Counted from the first letter of the stretch, positions 47,783 through 62,510 are shown. The stretch: 64,000 nucleotides of DNA from the human T2T-CHM13v2.0 reference genome, Homo sapiens (GCF_009914755.1 NC_060947.1); one strand, 5' to 3'. The notes: a model not told the origin generated them from the sequence alone. Made by a program: numbers and translations.

Positions 47783-48081
47783 ATGGTCACCTCAGTGTTG
47801 TGCTGCCTGCAGTGCTGCAGAGACAGTGGGACCAGCCACATCCTTCTGAAGGTTATGCCAGTCATGCAGCAGGACATATGACACATGGGAACAGATGTTG
47901 TCATTGTAAAAAATGACAGAAGAATATATGGAACATGAGATTGTTTAGCCAGTGCACTTTTACATCAAAACAAAAGCTACTATGACTTCAAGATCCACTT
48001 CACAGGAATCTGGGACACTGGTGTTGCTTCACAGGAATCTGGGATACCGGTGTTGCTCAGAAAGCTAACTTGAATCAGAGA
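47783..48081 (+). pseudogene. SPRYD7P1: SPRYD7 (C13orf1/CLLD6) processed pseudogene, 5' part of the CDS
   Basis: Translates MVTSVLCCLQCCRDSGTSHILLKVMPVMQQDI*HMGTDVVIVKNDRRIYGT*DCLASALLHQNKSYYDFKIHFTGIWDTGVA...QKANLNQ, against recalled SPRYD7 MATSVLCCLRCCRDGGTGHIPLKEMPAVQLDTQHMGTDVVIVKNGRRICGTGGCLASAPLHQNKSYFEFKIQSTGIWGIGVATQKVNLNQ. No introns, two stops, a 29-bp duplication. The P1 symbol is from recall and unverified. Confidence 0.92.
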
Positions 48082-51000
48082 GGGGGAGAAAAAAATGGCA
48101 GATAGGAGGCAGGACTAAACCGCAGCTCCCATTCAGATGGACAGAGCAGCATGTGGAAACTCACATCACAAACTTTTGCTTCAAGAGCAACTGCAGGAAA
48201 GCTGGGAGAATCCGCAGACCCCTTGAAGGGAGGAGATTGCTCCTGCAGGACCTGGGAGACAGCCAAAATACTGTGAGTGCCCAAGGTGTGAAAGCGGGAA
48301 ACAGGGATCGTCCTCCCCCGATCACACACCCTCACTGAGGAACCTTAAGGTCCAGATCACAGGAGAAGGATTTAACCTTACCTGGAGCTGAGATAATTTA
48401 GACAGCTGAGTGAAATACAGGAGTAGAGGAAGCAGGGAGAAGAGTCCTCTGGGCTCTCTCAGTCCCCAGAGAAGCCATGTCTGACTTTGTTTCACATGAG
48501 TCCCTGGGGAGGGCTCCAGACAAACTGGAAAAACACAAGGAGAAGGAAACCTCCAGCTGAACTTTGCAACAATTCTAACCAAATGCAAAGTTTCTTAGAT
48601 AGAACGCGGGGGAGATGGGTGAATCCAGAGTGCAGACAGGCAGGCAAGGAGGTGCAAAACCTGAAAGCCCTGCCTGATTTCTCAGCCCAGAGGCTGGTAG
48701 CCTGGGGCAAGTTCTCAGCCCTGCTCACTCAGAGCCTGGAAACAAACTCAGTGCTGTTGAGGTGGGACACAGTGGGAGTGAGACTGGCTCTTTGAGTTGC
48801 ACAAAAGCTGAGTGAGGTTAGTAACTGCCAGCTTTCTTCCACTTCCCTGGTGACCTGCATGACACAGCAGAGGCAGCCATAATCCTCCTGGGAACATAAC
48901 TCCATCGACCTGGGAACCATACCCCATCCCCTACAGCAGCCGCAACAAGTCCCACCCAAGGAGAATCTGAACTCAGGCATGCCTAACCCTGCCCCCCCAC
49001 GATGGTCTTTCTCTACCCACCCTGGTAGCTGAAGACAAAGGTCATATTCTCTTAGGAGTTCTAGGGCCCTGCCCACTGCCTGATCCTCCCTATACTACCA
49101 CAGCTGATGCTCTCCTGAAAGTGCTACCTCCTGGCAGGAGGCCAACCAGCACAAAACTAGTGCAATAAGCAACAATAGTACAACTAAGGACCCTCACAGA
49201 GTCCCTTTCACTCCTCTGCCACCTCGACCAGAGCGGGTGCATCTATTCATGGCTGAGAGACTGGAAGATGGTTCACATCACAAGACTCTGTGCTGTGACA
49301 GACAATCCCCAGTACCAGCCCGGAACATGGTACCCACACTGGGTGGCTAGACCCAGAAAAGAAATAACAATAGCTAGAATTCAGTGCTTAAGAAGCCACA
49401 TCCCTAGGAAAAGGGGGAGAGAATCTGAACAGCAGCCTTGAGCTCCAGATCTTCCCTCTAACATAGGCCACCCAAATGAGAAGGAACCAGAAAAACAATT
49501 CTGGTAATATGACAAAGCAAGTTTCTTTATCACACTCAAAAAATCACACTAGCTCACCAGCAATGGATCCAAACCAAGAAGAAATCCCTGATTTGCCAGA
49601 AAAAGAATTCATAAGATTGATTATTAAGCTAATCAGGAAGCACCAGAGAAAAGTGAAGTCCAATTTAATGAAATCAAAAAACTGATACAAGATATGAGGG
49701 GAGAAATCTTAAATGAAATAGATAGCATAAATAAAAACAATCACAATTTCTGGAAAGCAAGGGCACACTTATAGAAATGCAAAATGCACTGGAAAGTCTC
49801 AGCAACAGAATCAAACAAGCAGAAGAAAGAACTTCAGAGCTCAAACAAAGACAAAGAAAAAGGAATTTAAAAAGCAATGAACAAAGCCTCCAAGAAGTTT
49901 GGGATATGTTAAATGACCAAATCTAAGAATAATTGGCATTCCTGAGAAAGAAGAGAAATCTAAAAGTTGGGGAAACATATTTGGGGGGAATAATAGAGGA
50001 AAACTTCCACAGCCTTGCTAGAGATCTAGACATCCAAATACAAGAAGCTCAAATAACCCCTGGGAAATTCATCACAAAAAGATCATCACCCAGGCACATA
50101 GTCATCAGGTTATCTAAAGTCAAGATGGAAGAAAGAATATTAAGAGCTGTGAGGCAAAAGCACAAGGTAACCTATAAAGGAAAACCCATAAGATTAACAG
50201 CAGATTTCTCAGCAGAAACCCTGCAAGCTAGAAGGGATTGGAGCCCTATCTTCAGCCTCCTTAGACAAAACAATTATCAGCCAAGAATTTTGCATCCAGT
50301 AAAACTAAACTTCATAAATGAAGGAAAAATACAGTCTGTTTTAGACAAACAAATGGTGAGAGAATACACCACTACCAAGCCAGCACTACAAGAACTGGTA
50401 AAAGGAGCACTAAATTTTGAAACAGATTCTCAAAATACACATCAAAACAGAACCTCCTTAAGGCATAAATCTCACAGGACCTATAAAATAACAACACAAT
50501 AAACTTTGAAAAAAAACAGGTATTCAGGCAACAAATAACATGATGAATAGAATAGTACCTCACATCTCAATAGTAACACTGAATGTAAATGGCTTAAATG
50601 CTCCACTTAAAAGATACAGGATAGCAGAATAGATAAGAATCCACAAACCAAGTATCTGCTGCTTTCAAGAGACTCACTTAACACATAAGGAATCACATAA
50701 ACTTAAGGTAAAGGGGTAGAAAAAGACATTCCACACAAATGGACACCAAAAGCCAGCAGGAGTAGCTATTCTCATATCACACAAAACAAACTTTAAAGCA
50801 ACAGCAGTTAAAAAAGACAAAGAGGGTTATTATATAATGATAAAAGGCCTTGTCCAACAGGAAACTATCACAGTCCTACATATACCTGCACCTAACACTG
50901 GACCTCCCAAATTTATAAAATAATTACTACTACACCAAAGAAATGAGAGAGACAACAACACAGTAATAGTGGGAGACTTCAATACTCCACTGACAGCACT

Positions 51001-54000
51001 AGACAGATCATCAAGACAGAAAGTCAACAATGAAACAATAGATTTAAACTACACCCTAGAATAAATGGACTAAACAGATATGTACCAAACATTCTACCAA
51101 AAAACACAAAATATACTCTATTCATCACTGCATGGAATATTCTCCAAAACAGACCATGTAAGGGGCCACAAAACAAGTCTCAATGAATTTAGGAAAACTG
51201 AAATTATATCATGTACCCTCTCTGACCACAATGGAATAAAATTGGAAATTAACTCCAAAAGGAACCCTCAAGACCATTAAAATACATGGAAATTGAATAA
51301 TCTGCCCCTGAGTGATCATTGGGTCAACAATGAAATCAATATGGAAACTAAAAATTTTTTTGAACTGAATAATAGTGACACAACCTATCAAAATCTACAA
51401 AATACAGCAAAGGTGGTGCTAAGAGGAAAGTTCATAACCTTAAAGGTCTGCATCAAAATGTCTGAAAGAGCACAAATACACAATCTAAGGTCACACCTCA
51501 AGGAACTAGAGAAACAAGAACCAACCAAATCCAAACCCAGCAGAAGAAAAGGAATAGCCTAGATCAGAGAAGAACTAAATGAAATTGAAACAAAAAAAAT
51601 ACAAAGGATAAGTGAAACAAAAAGCTGGTTCTTTGACAAGAAAAATAATAATAGACCATTAGCAAGATTAACCAAGAAAAGAAGAGAGAAGAACCAAATA
51701 AGCTCAATTAGAAGCAAAATGGGAGATACTACAACTGACACCACAGAAATACAAAACACCATGCAAGACTACTATGAACAACTTTATGCACATAAACTAT
51801 AAAACCTAGAGGAGATGGATAAATTTCTGGAAATATACAATCCTCCTAGCTTAAACCAGAAATAATTAGAAACTCTGAGCAGACCAATAGCAAGCAGTGA
51901 GATTGAAATGATAATAAAAAAAATCACCAACAAAAAAAGTCCAGGACCAGATGGATTCACAGCTGAATTCTATCAGACATTCAAAGAAGAATTGGTACTA
52001 ATCCTATTGACACTATTCCACAAGATAGAGAAAGAATCCTCCCTAAATTATTCTATGAAGCCAGCATCCCTCTAACACCAAAACCAGGAAAAGACATAAC
52101 AAAAAAAGAAAACCACAGACCAATATTGCTGATGAATATAGATGCAAAAATCCTTAACAAAATAATACCTAACCGAATCCAACAGTATATCAAAAAGATA
52201 ATCCACCATGATCAAATGGGTTTCATACCGGGGATGCAGGGATGGATTCACATACACAAGTAAATAAATGTGATACACCACATGAACAGAATTTTTTAAA
52301 CTCACGTGATCATCTCAATAGAAGCAGAAAATGCATTTGACAAAATCCAGCATCGCTTTAAGATTAAAACACTCAGCAAAATCGGCATAGAAGGGAAATA
52401 CCTTAATGTAATAAAAGTCATCTATGACAAACCCGGAGGCAACATCACACTGAATGAGGAAAAGTTGAAAGCATTCCCTCTGAGAAGTGAAATGAGGAGG
52501 ATGCTCACTCTCACCACTTCTATTCAACATAGTTCTGGAAGTCCTAGCCAGAGCAATCAGACAAGAGAAAGAAATAAAGGGCATCCAAATTTGTAAAACG
52601 GAAGTCAAACTGTTGCTCTTTGCTGATGATATGTTTTTATACCCAGAAAACCCTAAAGACTCCTCCAAAAAGCTCCTAGAACTGATAAATGATTTCAGCA
52701 AAGTTTCAGGATACAAAATTACTGTACACACATCAGTAGCTCTGCTATACACCAATGGCAACCGACCTGAGAATGAAATCAAGAACTCAACCCCTTTTAC
52801 AATAGCTGCAAAAAAATAAAATACTTAGGAATATACCTAACAAAGGAGTCAAAAGACCTCTACAAGGAAAACTACAAAACACTGCTGAAAGAAATCACAG
52901 ACAACACAAATGGAAATACATTCCATGCTCATGAATGGGTAGAATCAATATTGTGAAAATGACCATACTGACCATACTGACAAAAGCAATCTACAAATTC
53001 AGTGCAATCCCCATCAAAATGCCACCATCATTCTTCACAGAATTAGAAAAAACTATTCTAAAATTCATATGGAAACAAAAAAAGAGCCCACACAGCCAAA
53101 GCAAGACTAAGCAAAAAGAACAAATCTGGAGGCATCACACTACCTGATTTCAAACTATAATAAAAAGCCATAGTCACCAAAACAGCTTGTTACTGGTATA
53201 AAAATAGGCACATAGACCAACGGAACAGAATAGAGAACCCAGCAATAAACCCAAATACTTACAGACAACAGATCTTCCACAAAGCAAACAAAAACATAAA
53301 GTGGGGAAAGGACACTCTATTCAACAAATGGTGCTGGGATAATTGACAAGCCACATGTAGAAGAATAAAACTGGATCCTCATCTCTCACCTTATACAAAA
53401 ATCAACTCAAAATGGATTAAGGACTTAAATCTAAGACCTGAAACCATAAAAACTGTAGAAGATAACATTGGACAAACCCTTCTAAACACTGGCTTATGCA
53501 AAGACTTCATGACCAAGAACCCAAAAGCAAATGCAACAAAAACAATGATAAATAGGTAGGACTTAATTAAACTAAAAAGCAACAATCAGCAAAGTAAACA
53601 GACAACCCAGCGAGGGGGAGAAAATCTTCACAATCTACACATTCAACAAAGGACTAATATCCAGAATCTACAAGGAACTCAAACAAATTAGCAAGAAGGA
53701 AACAAACAAATCTCATCAAAAAATGGATATGAATAGACATTTCTCAAAAGGTACACAAATGGCCAAAAACCATATGAAAAAAATGCTCAACATCACTAAT
53801 GATGAGGGAAATGCAAATCCAAACCACAATGCTATACCACCTTACTCCTGCAAGAATGGCCATAATCAAAAAATAATAGATGTTGGCAGGGATGCAGTGA
53901 AAAGGGAACACTTTTACACTGCTGGTGGTAATGTAAACTACTACAGCCACTGTGGAAAACAGTGTGGAGATTTCTTAAAGAACTAAAAGTAGAACTACCA

Positions 54001-54580
54001 TTTGATCCAGCAATCCCACTACTGGGTATCTATCAAGAGAAAGGAAGTCATTACACAAAAAAAGATACTTGCACACACATGTTTATAGCAGCACAATTTG
54101 CAATTGCAAAAATATGGAACCAGCCCAAATGCCCATCAATCAATGAGTGGATAAAGAAATTGTTGCTTATATATACCATGGAATACTATTCAGTGATTAA
54201 AAAAAAAAAAAGGAATGAAATAATGGCATTCGCAGCAACCTAAATAGAACTGGAGACCATTATTCTAAGTGAAGTAACTCAGGAATGGAAAACTAGACAT
54301 TGTATGTTGTCACTTATAAGTGGGAGCTAATATATGAGAATACAAAGGCATAAGAATGATGTAATGGACTTTGGGGACTCAGGGTAAAGAGTCAGAGGTG
54401 GGTGGGCGATAAAAGACTACAAATTGGGTACAGTCTATACTGCTCGGGTGATGGGTGCATCAAAATCTCACAAATCACCACTACAGAACTTATGAATGTA
54501 ACCAAACACCACCTGTTCCAAGAACCTATGGAAATAAAAAAATACAATAAAAATTGTAAAAAAATAATAATAATAAAGTA
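48082..54580 (+). mobile_element. Full-length L1PB2-like element inserted into the SPRYD7 retrocopy
   Basis: L1PBa-type 5'UTR (AAATGGCAGATAGGAGGCAGGACTAA); ORF1 remnants 49476-50502; decayed ORF2; 3'UTR ...GACTACAAATTGGGTACAG...ACCAAACACCACCTGTTCC. TSD AA(C/T)TTGAATCAGAGA at 48067-48081 and 54581-54595. Confidence 0.93.
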
Positions 54581-54905
54581 AATTTGAATCAGAGACCTCT
54601 TGGCCAAGACGTACACAGTCTGGTGATGGGAAATAAGGAGCCCTGTACCACAATAATAAAGAGAAAAATAGGCTGCTAGCAAACAGCCTTCCACAGAAGG
54701 GACATGCGGGGGTATTACATATGACCATGTAGAATATACACTTGAATGGAAAAATATGCATTGTCTAACATCAAGTATCAAGGGACACCGGATCCTGTTA
54801 GTTATGTTGATAAGAATGTAACTGGATTTTCAGTTCAGTGAATTTTATCATACTCTTCCACCAGGTTTTGAAAAAAATATATTATTTGAACAGCAGACCT
54901 TCTGA
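54581..54905 (+). pseudogene. SPRYD7P1: SPRYD7 processed pseudogene, 3' part of the CDS; probable 3'UTR follows to ~55290
   Basis: With frameshifts it reads NLNQRPLGQDVHSLVMGN/GALYHNNKEKNRLLANSLPQKG/GITYDHVE...FQFSEFYHTLPPGFEKNILFEQQTF*, against recalled SPRYD7 ...IPLGRDMHSLVMRNDGALYHNNEEKNRLPANSLPQEG...CQFSEFYHTPPPGFEKILFEQQIF*. Stop TGA at 54903-54905. Confidence 0.92.
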
Positions 54906-55014
54906 ATATTTTTGCTTTTAAAACTTGTATTTCTCCACTGTTAAAAATGTTTACCATTTAATAAAGCTTTACCTGACCTATAGATGAAAGTATATTCTTA
55001 AAAATATGCTTGTT

Positions 55015-55150
55015 GGCCAGGCATGGTGGCTTGCACCTGTAATCCCAGTATTTTGGGGAGGCTGAGGCAGGCAATTGCTTGGGGCCAGATGTTCAAGACC
55101 AGCCAGGGAAACATAGCAAGCCCCTATCTCTACAAAAAAAAAAAATTAAG
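55015..55150 (+). mobile_element. FLAM_C / AluJ left monomer
   Basis: GGCCAGGCATGGTGGC...ATTGCTTGGGGCCAG...TTCAAGACCAGCC...AACATAGCAAG...CTCTAC followed by an A tail; no right arm. Confidence 0.85.
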
Positions 55151-57242
55151 AAAAAAATGTTTTTTAATGTTGTCTAACGAATCAGAGTCTTCAATAGACC
55201 ACAGTGAAGTTGGGATTTAAAATATTTATATTTAGTGATATGAATGTTAGCACTTGGGGAAGTTTGTTTAATGTTTATTTAAATAAATACAATTATGGAG
55301 CCAGGTGGAGCAAGATGGCAGGAGAGAAGGCTTCACCAACCATCCCCCCAAAAGGACACCAATTTAACAACTACCTACACACGCACAGAGCACCTTCATA
55401 AGAACCAAAAATCAAGTGAGTACTCATAGTATCTGGTTTTAGCTTCCTATCATTGAAAGAGGTGCTGAAGTGTAGAAAACACAGTGTTGAATCACAAAAG
55501 TCATTCCTTTCCCACCACTCACCCCCAGCAGTGGCGGCAGGGTGCAGAGAGCTTTTCAGTGTGCTGGGGAAGGGAGAGCCCAGTGATTGTGGAACATTGA
55601 ACACAGTGCTGTCCTCTTGTAGCAGAAAGAAAAGCTGGACCAAATTCAGCTGACACTGACCCATGGAGGGCATTTAAACCAGCCCTAGCCAGAGACAAAA
55701 CGCCAATCACAGCAGTTCAAACTTGAGTTCTACAAGCCTTGCCACTGAGGGCTACAGTTCTCTGAGGCTCTAAATAAACTCGAAAGGCAGTGTAGGCTGC
55801 AAGAACTGCAACCCCTACATGAGTCCCAGTACTGAATGGAGGCCAGAGACAGTGAACTAGGGGGCAGGTGACCTACTGAGATACAAGCCAGAGTAGCTAA
55901 GAGAGTGTTGGCATCACCCCTCTCCTAACCACAGGCTGCACAGATCACAGCTCCAAAAGAGACCCCTTCTTTCCACCTGAGGAGAGGGGAGGGAAGAGTG
56001 AGGAGGACTTTGTCTTGCATCTTGGATACCAGCTCAGCCACAGCAGGATAGGGCACTGGCCAGAGTACTGAGGCCCCATTTGCAGACCCTAGCTCCTGAA
56101 TGACAATACTAGACACACCCTGGGCCAGAAGGAACCTGCTACCTTGAAGGGAAGGACCCAGCCCCACCAGCATTCATCACCTGCTAATTGAAGAGACCTT
56201 GGGCCATGAATAACCAGAAGTGATACCCTGTACTACATCGAGGGTCCTGGATGAGCCTCTGAGAATTGCTGGTTTCAGGTGAGACTAGCACATTATCAGC
56301 TGTGGTGGCTATGGGACAGAACCCCTACTTGAGAAAAGCAGAGGGAAAAGTAAAAGGGACTTTATTTTGCACCTCGGGTACCAGCATGGCCACAAGAGGT
56401 AGAGCACCAAGTGGGCTCCTGAGTCCCCAGTTCCATGATTTGAGTCTTGGACTGCATTTCTGGACTTGCCCTGGGACAGAGGAGGGCTCACTGACCTAAA
56501 GGGTGAGTCCCAGGCCAGGCAGCATTCACCACAAGCTGACTGAAGAGTACTTGGGCCTTAAGGGAATATTAGCGGTAGTCTGGCAGTACTCCCCATGGGC
56601 CTGTGGTGTCACTGGCCATGAGGTGAGGACCCTTTGTCTTTGGAAAGGGGAAGGAAGAGTGAGGAAAACTGTGTCTAGTGGTTTGAGTGCCAGCTCAGTC
56701 ACAGTACAACAGAACATCAGGTAGACCTCTAAGATTTTTAAATCTAGTTCCTGGCTCCTGGATGACACCTCTGCACCTGCCTGGAACCTCATGGACCTCA
56801 CTGCCCTGAAGGAAAAAACACATGCCTGCCTGGTGTTGTCAACTGCTGACTGTAGAGCTCCAGGCTTGAGCAAACATAGGTAGTAGCCAGGGAGTGGTTA
56901 CACCAGGCCTTGGTCAAGAACCAATGCTATGCTAGCTCCAGGGCTGATCCAGTGCAGTCATAGTGGTGGTGGACATAGGAGTCCTTGTGTCACTCCACCC
57001 CCAGCTTCAGGTGGCTCAAAACAGAGAGAAAGAGACTCCATTTGTTTGAGAGAAAGTAAGGGAAGAGGACAAGAGTCTCTGCCCAATAATCCAGAGGATT
57101 CTCACAGATTTTGTCCAAGACCATCAAGGTGGTACCTCTACAAGTCTCCAAGAATCACGGTGTTACTGGATGTGGAGTGTCCCCTAAAATAGATACAGGT
57201 TAGATCACAACACCCAAGTCCTTAAAAATATCTGGAAGGCCA

Positions 57243-57554
57243 GACCGGGCGCAGTGGCTCACACCTGTAATCCCAGCACTTTGGGAGGCCGAGGCAGGTG
57301 GATCACCTGAGGTTGGGAGTTCGAGACCAGCCTGACCAACAGGGAGAAACCCCATCTCTACTAAAAATACAAAATTAGCCAGGTGTGGTGGCGCATGCCT
57401 GTAATGCCAGCTACTCAGGAGGCTGAGGCAGGAGACTTGCCAGAACCCAGGAGGTGGAGGCTGCAGTGAGCCAAGATCGCACCACCATTTCACTCCAGCC
57501 TGGGCAACAACAGTGAAATCCCATCTCAAAAAAATAAATAAATAAATTTTAAAA

Positions 57555-57587
<33 letters not shown>
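57243..57587 (+). mobile_element. AluSp with (TA)n-derived tail
   Basis: Sp diagnostics GAGGTTGGGAG, CCTGACCAAC..GGAGAAACCCC, TACAAAATTAG, GCGCATGCC. Confidence 0.88.
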
Positions 57588-57592
<5 letters not shown>

Positions 57593-60500
57593 GGAAAGCC
57601 TTCCCAAGAAGGATGGGTACAAACAAGCCCAGACTGTAAAGACTACAATAAATACCTAACTCTTCAATGCCCAGACCAGATGAACATCTGTAAGTATGAA
57701 GAAAATCGAGGAAACAGTGACTTCATCAAATGAAGGAATAAGGCACCAGGGAGAAACAGAGTCCTGGAGAAACAGAGATATGTGACCTTTTAGAGAAATA
57801 ATCCAAAATAGCTGTTTCAGGAAACTCAAAGAAAGTCAAGGCAACACAGAGAAGGAATTCAGAATTCTGTCAGATAAATTTAGCAAAGATATTGAAATAA
57901 TAAAAAAAGAATCAAGCAGAAATTCTGAAGCTGAAAAATACAGTAGACATACTGAAGAACGCATCATAGTCCTTTATTAGAAGAACTGATCAAGCATAAG
58001 AAAGAATTAGTGAGCTCAAAGAGAAGCTATTTGAAAACACACAGTCACTGGAGACAGAAGAAAAAAAGAATAAGCACAACTACAGGATCTAAAAAATAGC
58101 CTCAAAGGGGCTAATCTAAGAGTTATTGGCCTTAAAGAGGAGGCGGAAAAAGCAATAGGGGTAAAAAGCTTACTCAAAGGGATAATAACAGAGAACTTTC
58201 CAAACCTACAGAAAGATATCTATATCCAAGTCCAAGAAGGTTATAGAACACCAAACAGATTTAACCCAAAGAAGACTACATCAAGGCATTTAATAATCAA
58301 ATTCCCAAAGATCAAGGATAAAGAAAGGAGCCTAAAATCAAAAGAAAAGAAACAAATAACATACAATGAAGCTCCAATATGTCTGGCTGCAGACTTTTCA
58401 GTGGAAACCTTACAGGCCAGGAGAGAGTGGCATGACATATTTCAAGCACTGAAGAAAAAAAAGTTTACCTAGAATAATATCCAGCAAAAACAGCCTTCAA
58501 ACATGAAGGAGAAATAAAGATTTTCCCAAACAAAAGCTGAGAGATTTCATCAATAACAGACCTATCACGCAAAATATGCTAAAGGGAGTACTTCAATCAC
58601 AAAGAAAAGGATGTTAATGAGCAATAAGTGTCACCTGAAGTTACAAAAATCACAGATAATAGTACACAGAAAAACACAGAGTGTTATAGCACTGTAACTA
58701 TGCAGTATAAACTACTCTTATCCTCAGTAGAAAGACTAAATGATGAGCCAATCAAAAATATTAACTACAACAACTTTTCAAGAAAAAGTACAATAAGATA
58801 TAAATAGAAATAACAAAAGTTTAAAAGGGGACAAAGGTTAAAGTGGAGAGTTTTTATTAGTATTCCTTCTACTTGTTTGTTTGTTTATGCAAACAGTTTT
58901 AAATTGTTATCAGCTTAAAATAATGAGTTATAAGACAGTATTTACAAGCCTCGTGGTAACTGCAAACAAAAACAAAAACAAAAAAAAATACAACAGACAC
59001 ACAAAAAAAAGAAAAAGCAAGAAACTAAATCCTATCACCAGAGAAAAAACATCTTCAAAAAAGAAGAAAGAAAGAAAAGAAAGAAGAAAGAAAAACACAC
59101 AAAACAACAAGAAAACACAAAAGAAAACTGCAGGAGTAAGTCCTTACTTATCAATAGTTACATTGAATGTAAATGGACCAAACTCTCCAATAAAAAGACA
59201 TAGACTGGCTGAATGGATTTAAAACAAAGAAAAGGACCCATTGACCTGTTCCCTACAAGAAACACACTTCACCTACAGAGATACACATAGACTGAAAATA
59301 AAGGGATGAAAAAAGATATTCCATGCCAATGGAAACCAAAAAAGAGCAGGAGTAGCTATACTTATATAAAACAAAATAGATGTAAAGACAAAAACTATAA
59401 GAAGAGACAAAGACACTATATAATGATAAAGAAGTCAATTCAGCAAGAGGATGTAACAATTTTAAATATATATGCACCCAACATTGGAGCACCCAGATAT
59501 ATAAAACAAACATTACTAGAAATAAAGAGAGATAAACCCTAAAATAATATTAGCTAGAGAATTGAATACCCCATTTTCAACACTGAACAGCTCTTCCAGA
59601 CAGAAAATCAATAAAGAAACATCAGATTTAAACTGCATTACAGACCAATGGATCTAATAGGTATTTACAGAACATTTCATCCAATGGCTGCAGAATACAC
59701 ATTCTTTTCCTCAGCATATGGATCATTCTCAAAGATCAACCATATGTTAGGTCACAAAACAAGTCTTAAAACATTCAAAAAATTGAAATAATGTCAAGTG
59801 TCTTCTGTAATCACAATTTAGAAAACTAGAAATCAATAACAAGAGGAAATCTGGAAACTATACAAATACGTGGAAACTAAACAATATACTCCTGAATGAC
59901 CAGTGGGTTGATAAAGAAATTAAGAAGATAAATGAAAAACTTCTTGAAACGAATGATAACAGAAACACAACATAACGAAAGCTGTGGGATACAGCAAAAG
60001 AAGTAAAGAGGAAAGTTTATAGATATAAGTGCTTACATCAAAAAAGAAGAAAAATTAAACAATCTAATGATGTGTCCTAAAGAACTAGAAAAGCAAAAGC
60101 AAACCAAACCCAAAATTAGTAGGAGAAAAGAAATAATAAAGATCAGAGCAGAAATAAAGAAAATTGAAATGAAGAAAACAATACAAACAATCATAAGTTA
60201 AACATAGTTGACAAATCTTTAGCCAGACTAAGAAAAAAAGAGAGAAGACTCAAATAAATAAAATCAGAAATGAAAAAGTAGCCATTACAACTGATGCTGC
60301 AGAAATTCAAAGGATCATTTGTGATTACTATGAGCACCTGTATGCCAATAAATTTGAAAATCTAGAAGAAATGGACAAATTCCTAGACACATACAACCTA
60401 TGAATATTGAGCCAGGAAGAAATCCAAACCCTGAACAGACCAATAGCAAGTAATGAGATTGAAGCCATAATAAAAGGTCTCCCAGTAAAAAAATTCCAGG

Positions 60501-62510
60501 ATGTGATGATGTCACTGCTGATTTCTACCAAACATCTAAAGAACTAATAACAACCCTCCTCAAACTATTCCAAAAAATAGGGCAGGAGGGAATACTTCCA
60601 AACTCATTCTATGAGATGAGTATTGCCCTGATACCAAAACCAAACAAAGACACATTAAAAAAAAAAAAAGAAAAAGAAAAAAAACTATAGGCCAACATCT
60701 CTGATGAATATTGATGCAAAAATCCTCAATAAAATACTAGCAAACCAAATTCAACACACATTAAAAAAATCATTCATCATGACAAAGTGGGATTTACCCG
60801 TGGAATACAAGAATGTTTCAACATAGGCAAATCAATTACTGTGATACATCTTATTAACAGAATGAAGAAGATAAACCATATGATCATTGCCATTGATGCT
60901 GAAAAAAAGTATTTGATAAAACTCAACATCCTTCAAGATAAAAACCTTCAAAAAACTGTGGATAAAACGAGCATATGCCAACATAATAAAAGCCCATGAC
61001 AGACCCACAGCTAGTATCATAATGAATGGGGAAAAAACTGAAAACCTTTCCTCTAAGATCTGAAACACAACAAGGATGCCCATTTTCACCACTGTTACTC
61101 AACATAGTACTGGAATTCCTCACTAGAGCAATCAGACAAGAGAAATAAAGGGCATCCCAGTTGGAAAGGAAGAAATCAAATTATCTTTGTTTGTAGAATA
61201 TATGATCTGATATTTGGAAAAACCTAAAGACTCCACCAAAAATCTTTTAGAACCGAAAAACAAATTCAGTATAGTGACAAGAAACAAAAACAACATACAG
61301 AAATCAGTAGCATTTCTATATGCCAATAGTGAACAATATTAAAAAAAAGTAATCTCATTTACAATAGCCACAAATAAAACTAAATACCTAGGAATTAACC
61401 AAAGAAGTGAAAGATCTCTATAATAAAAACTGTAAAACACTGATGAAAGATATAGAAGAGGTCACAAAAAAAGAAAAGATATTTTATGTTCATGGATTGG
61501 AAGAATCAATATTGTTAAGATATCCATGCCACAAAAGCAATCTACAAATACAATGTAATCCCTATCAAAATACCTATGACATTCTTCACAGAAATATAAG
61601 AAACAATCCTATAATTTATATAGAACCACAAAAGATCCAGAATAGCCAAAGCTATCCTAAGCTAAAATAAAAAAACTGGAGAAGTCACATTACCTGACTT
61701 TAAATTATACTACAGAGCCATAGTCATCAAAATGGCATAGGGCTGACATAAAAACAGACACATAGACCAGTGGAACAGAATAGAAAACCCAGAACAAAAT
61801 CCGCACATTTACAGTGGACTCATTTTTGACAAAGCTTTCAAGAACACACGCTGAAGAAAAGACAGCTCTTCAATAAATGGTGCTAGAAAAACTGGACATC
61901 CATATGCAGAAGAATGAAACTAGACCACTATCTCTCACCATATATAAAAATCAAATCAACGTGAATTAAAGATTAAAATCTAAAACCTCAATCTATGAAA
62001 CTACTACAAGAAAACATTGGGGAAACTCTCCAGGACATTGGTCTGGGCAAGGACTTTTTGAGTGATGTCCCACATGCACAGGCAACCAAAGCAAACATGA
62101 ACAAATAGGATCACATCAAGTTAAAAAGCTTTTGTCCAGCAAAGAAAACAATCAACAAAGTGAAGAGACATCCCAAAGAGTGGAAGAAAATATTTACAAA
62201 CTGCCTGGCTGGCAAAGCATGAATAACCAGAATATACGAGGAGCTCAAACAACTCTACAGGAAAAAACTGAATAATCTGATCAAAAGTTGGGCAAAAGAT
62301 TTGAATAGACATTTCTCAAAAGAAGACTTACCAATGGCAAACAGACATGGGAAAAGCTGTTCAACATCACTGATCATCAGAAAAAATGCAAATTAAAATT
62401 ACAATGAGATATCATTTCACCCCTGTTAAAATGGCTTATGTTCAGCTTCCTCAAATAACTAAAAATACAGCAACCATATGACCAGTCATCCCACTGCTGG
62501 GCATATACCT

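Noticed and set aside
52961-52980. 9-bp tandem duplication GACCATACT in L1PB2 ORF2
   Set aside because: Ordinary slippage in a dead element.
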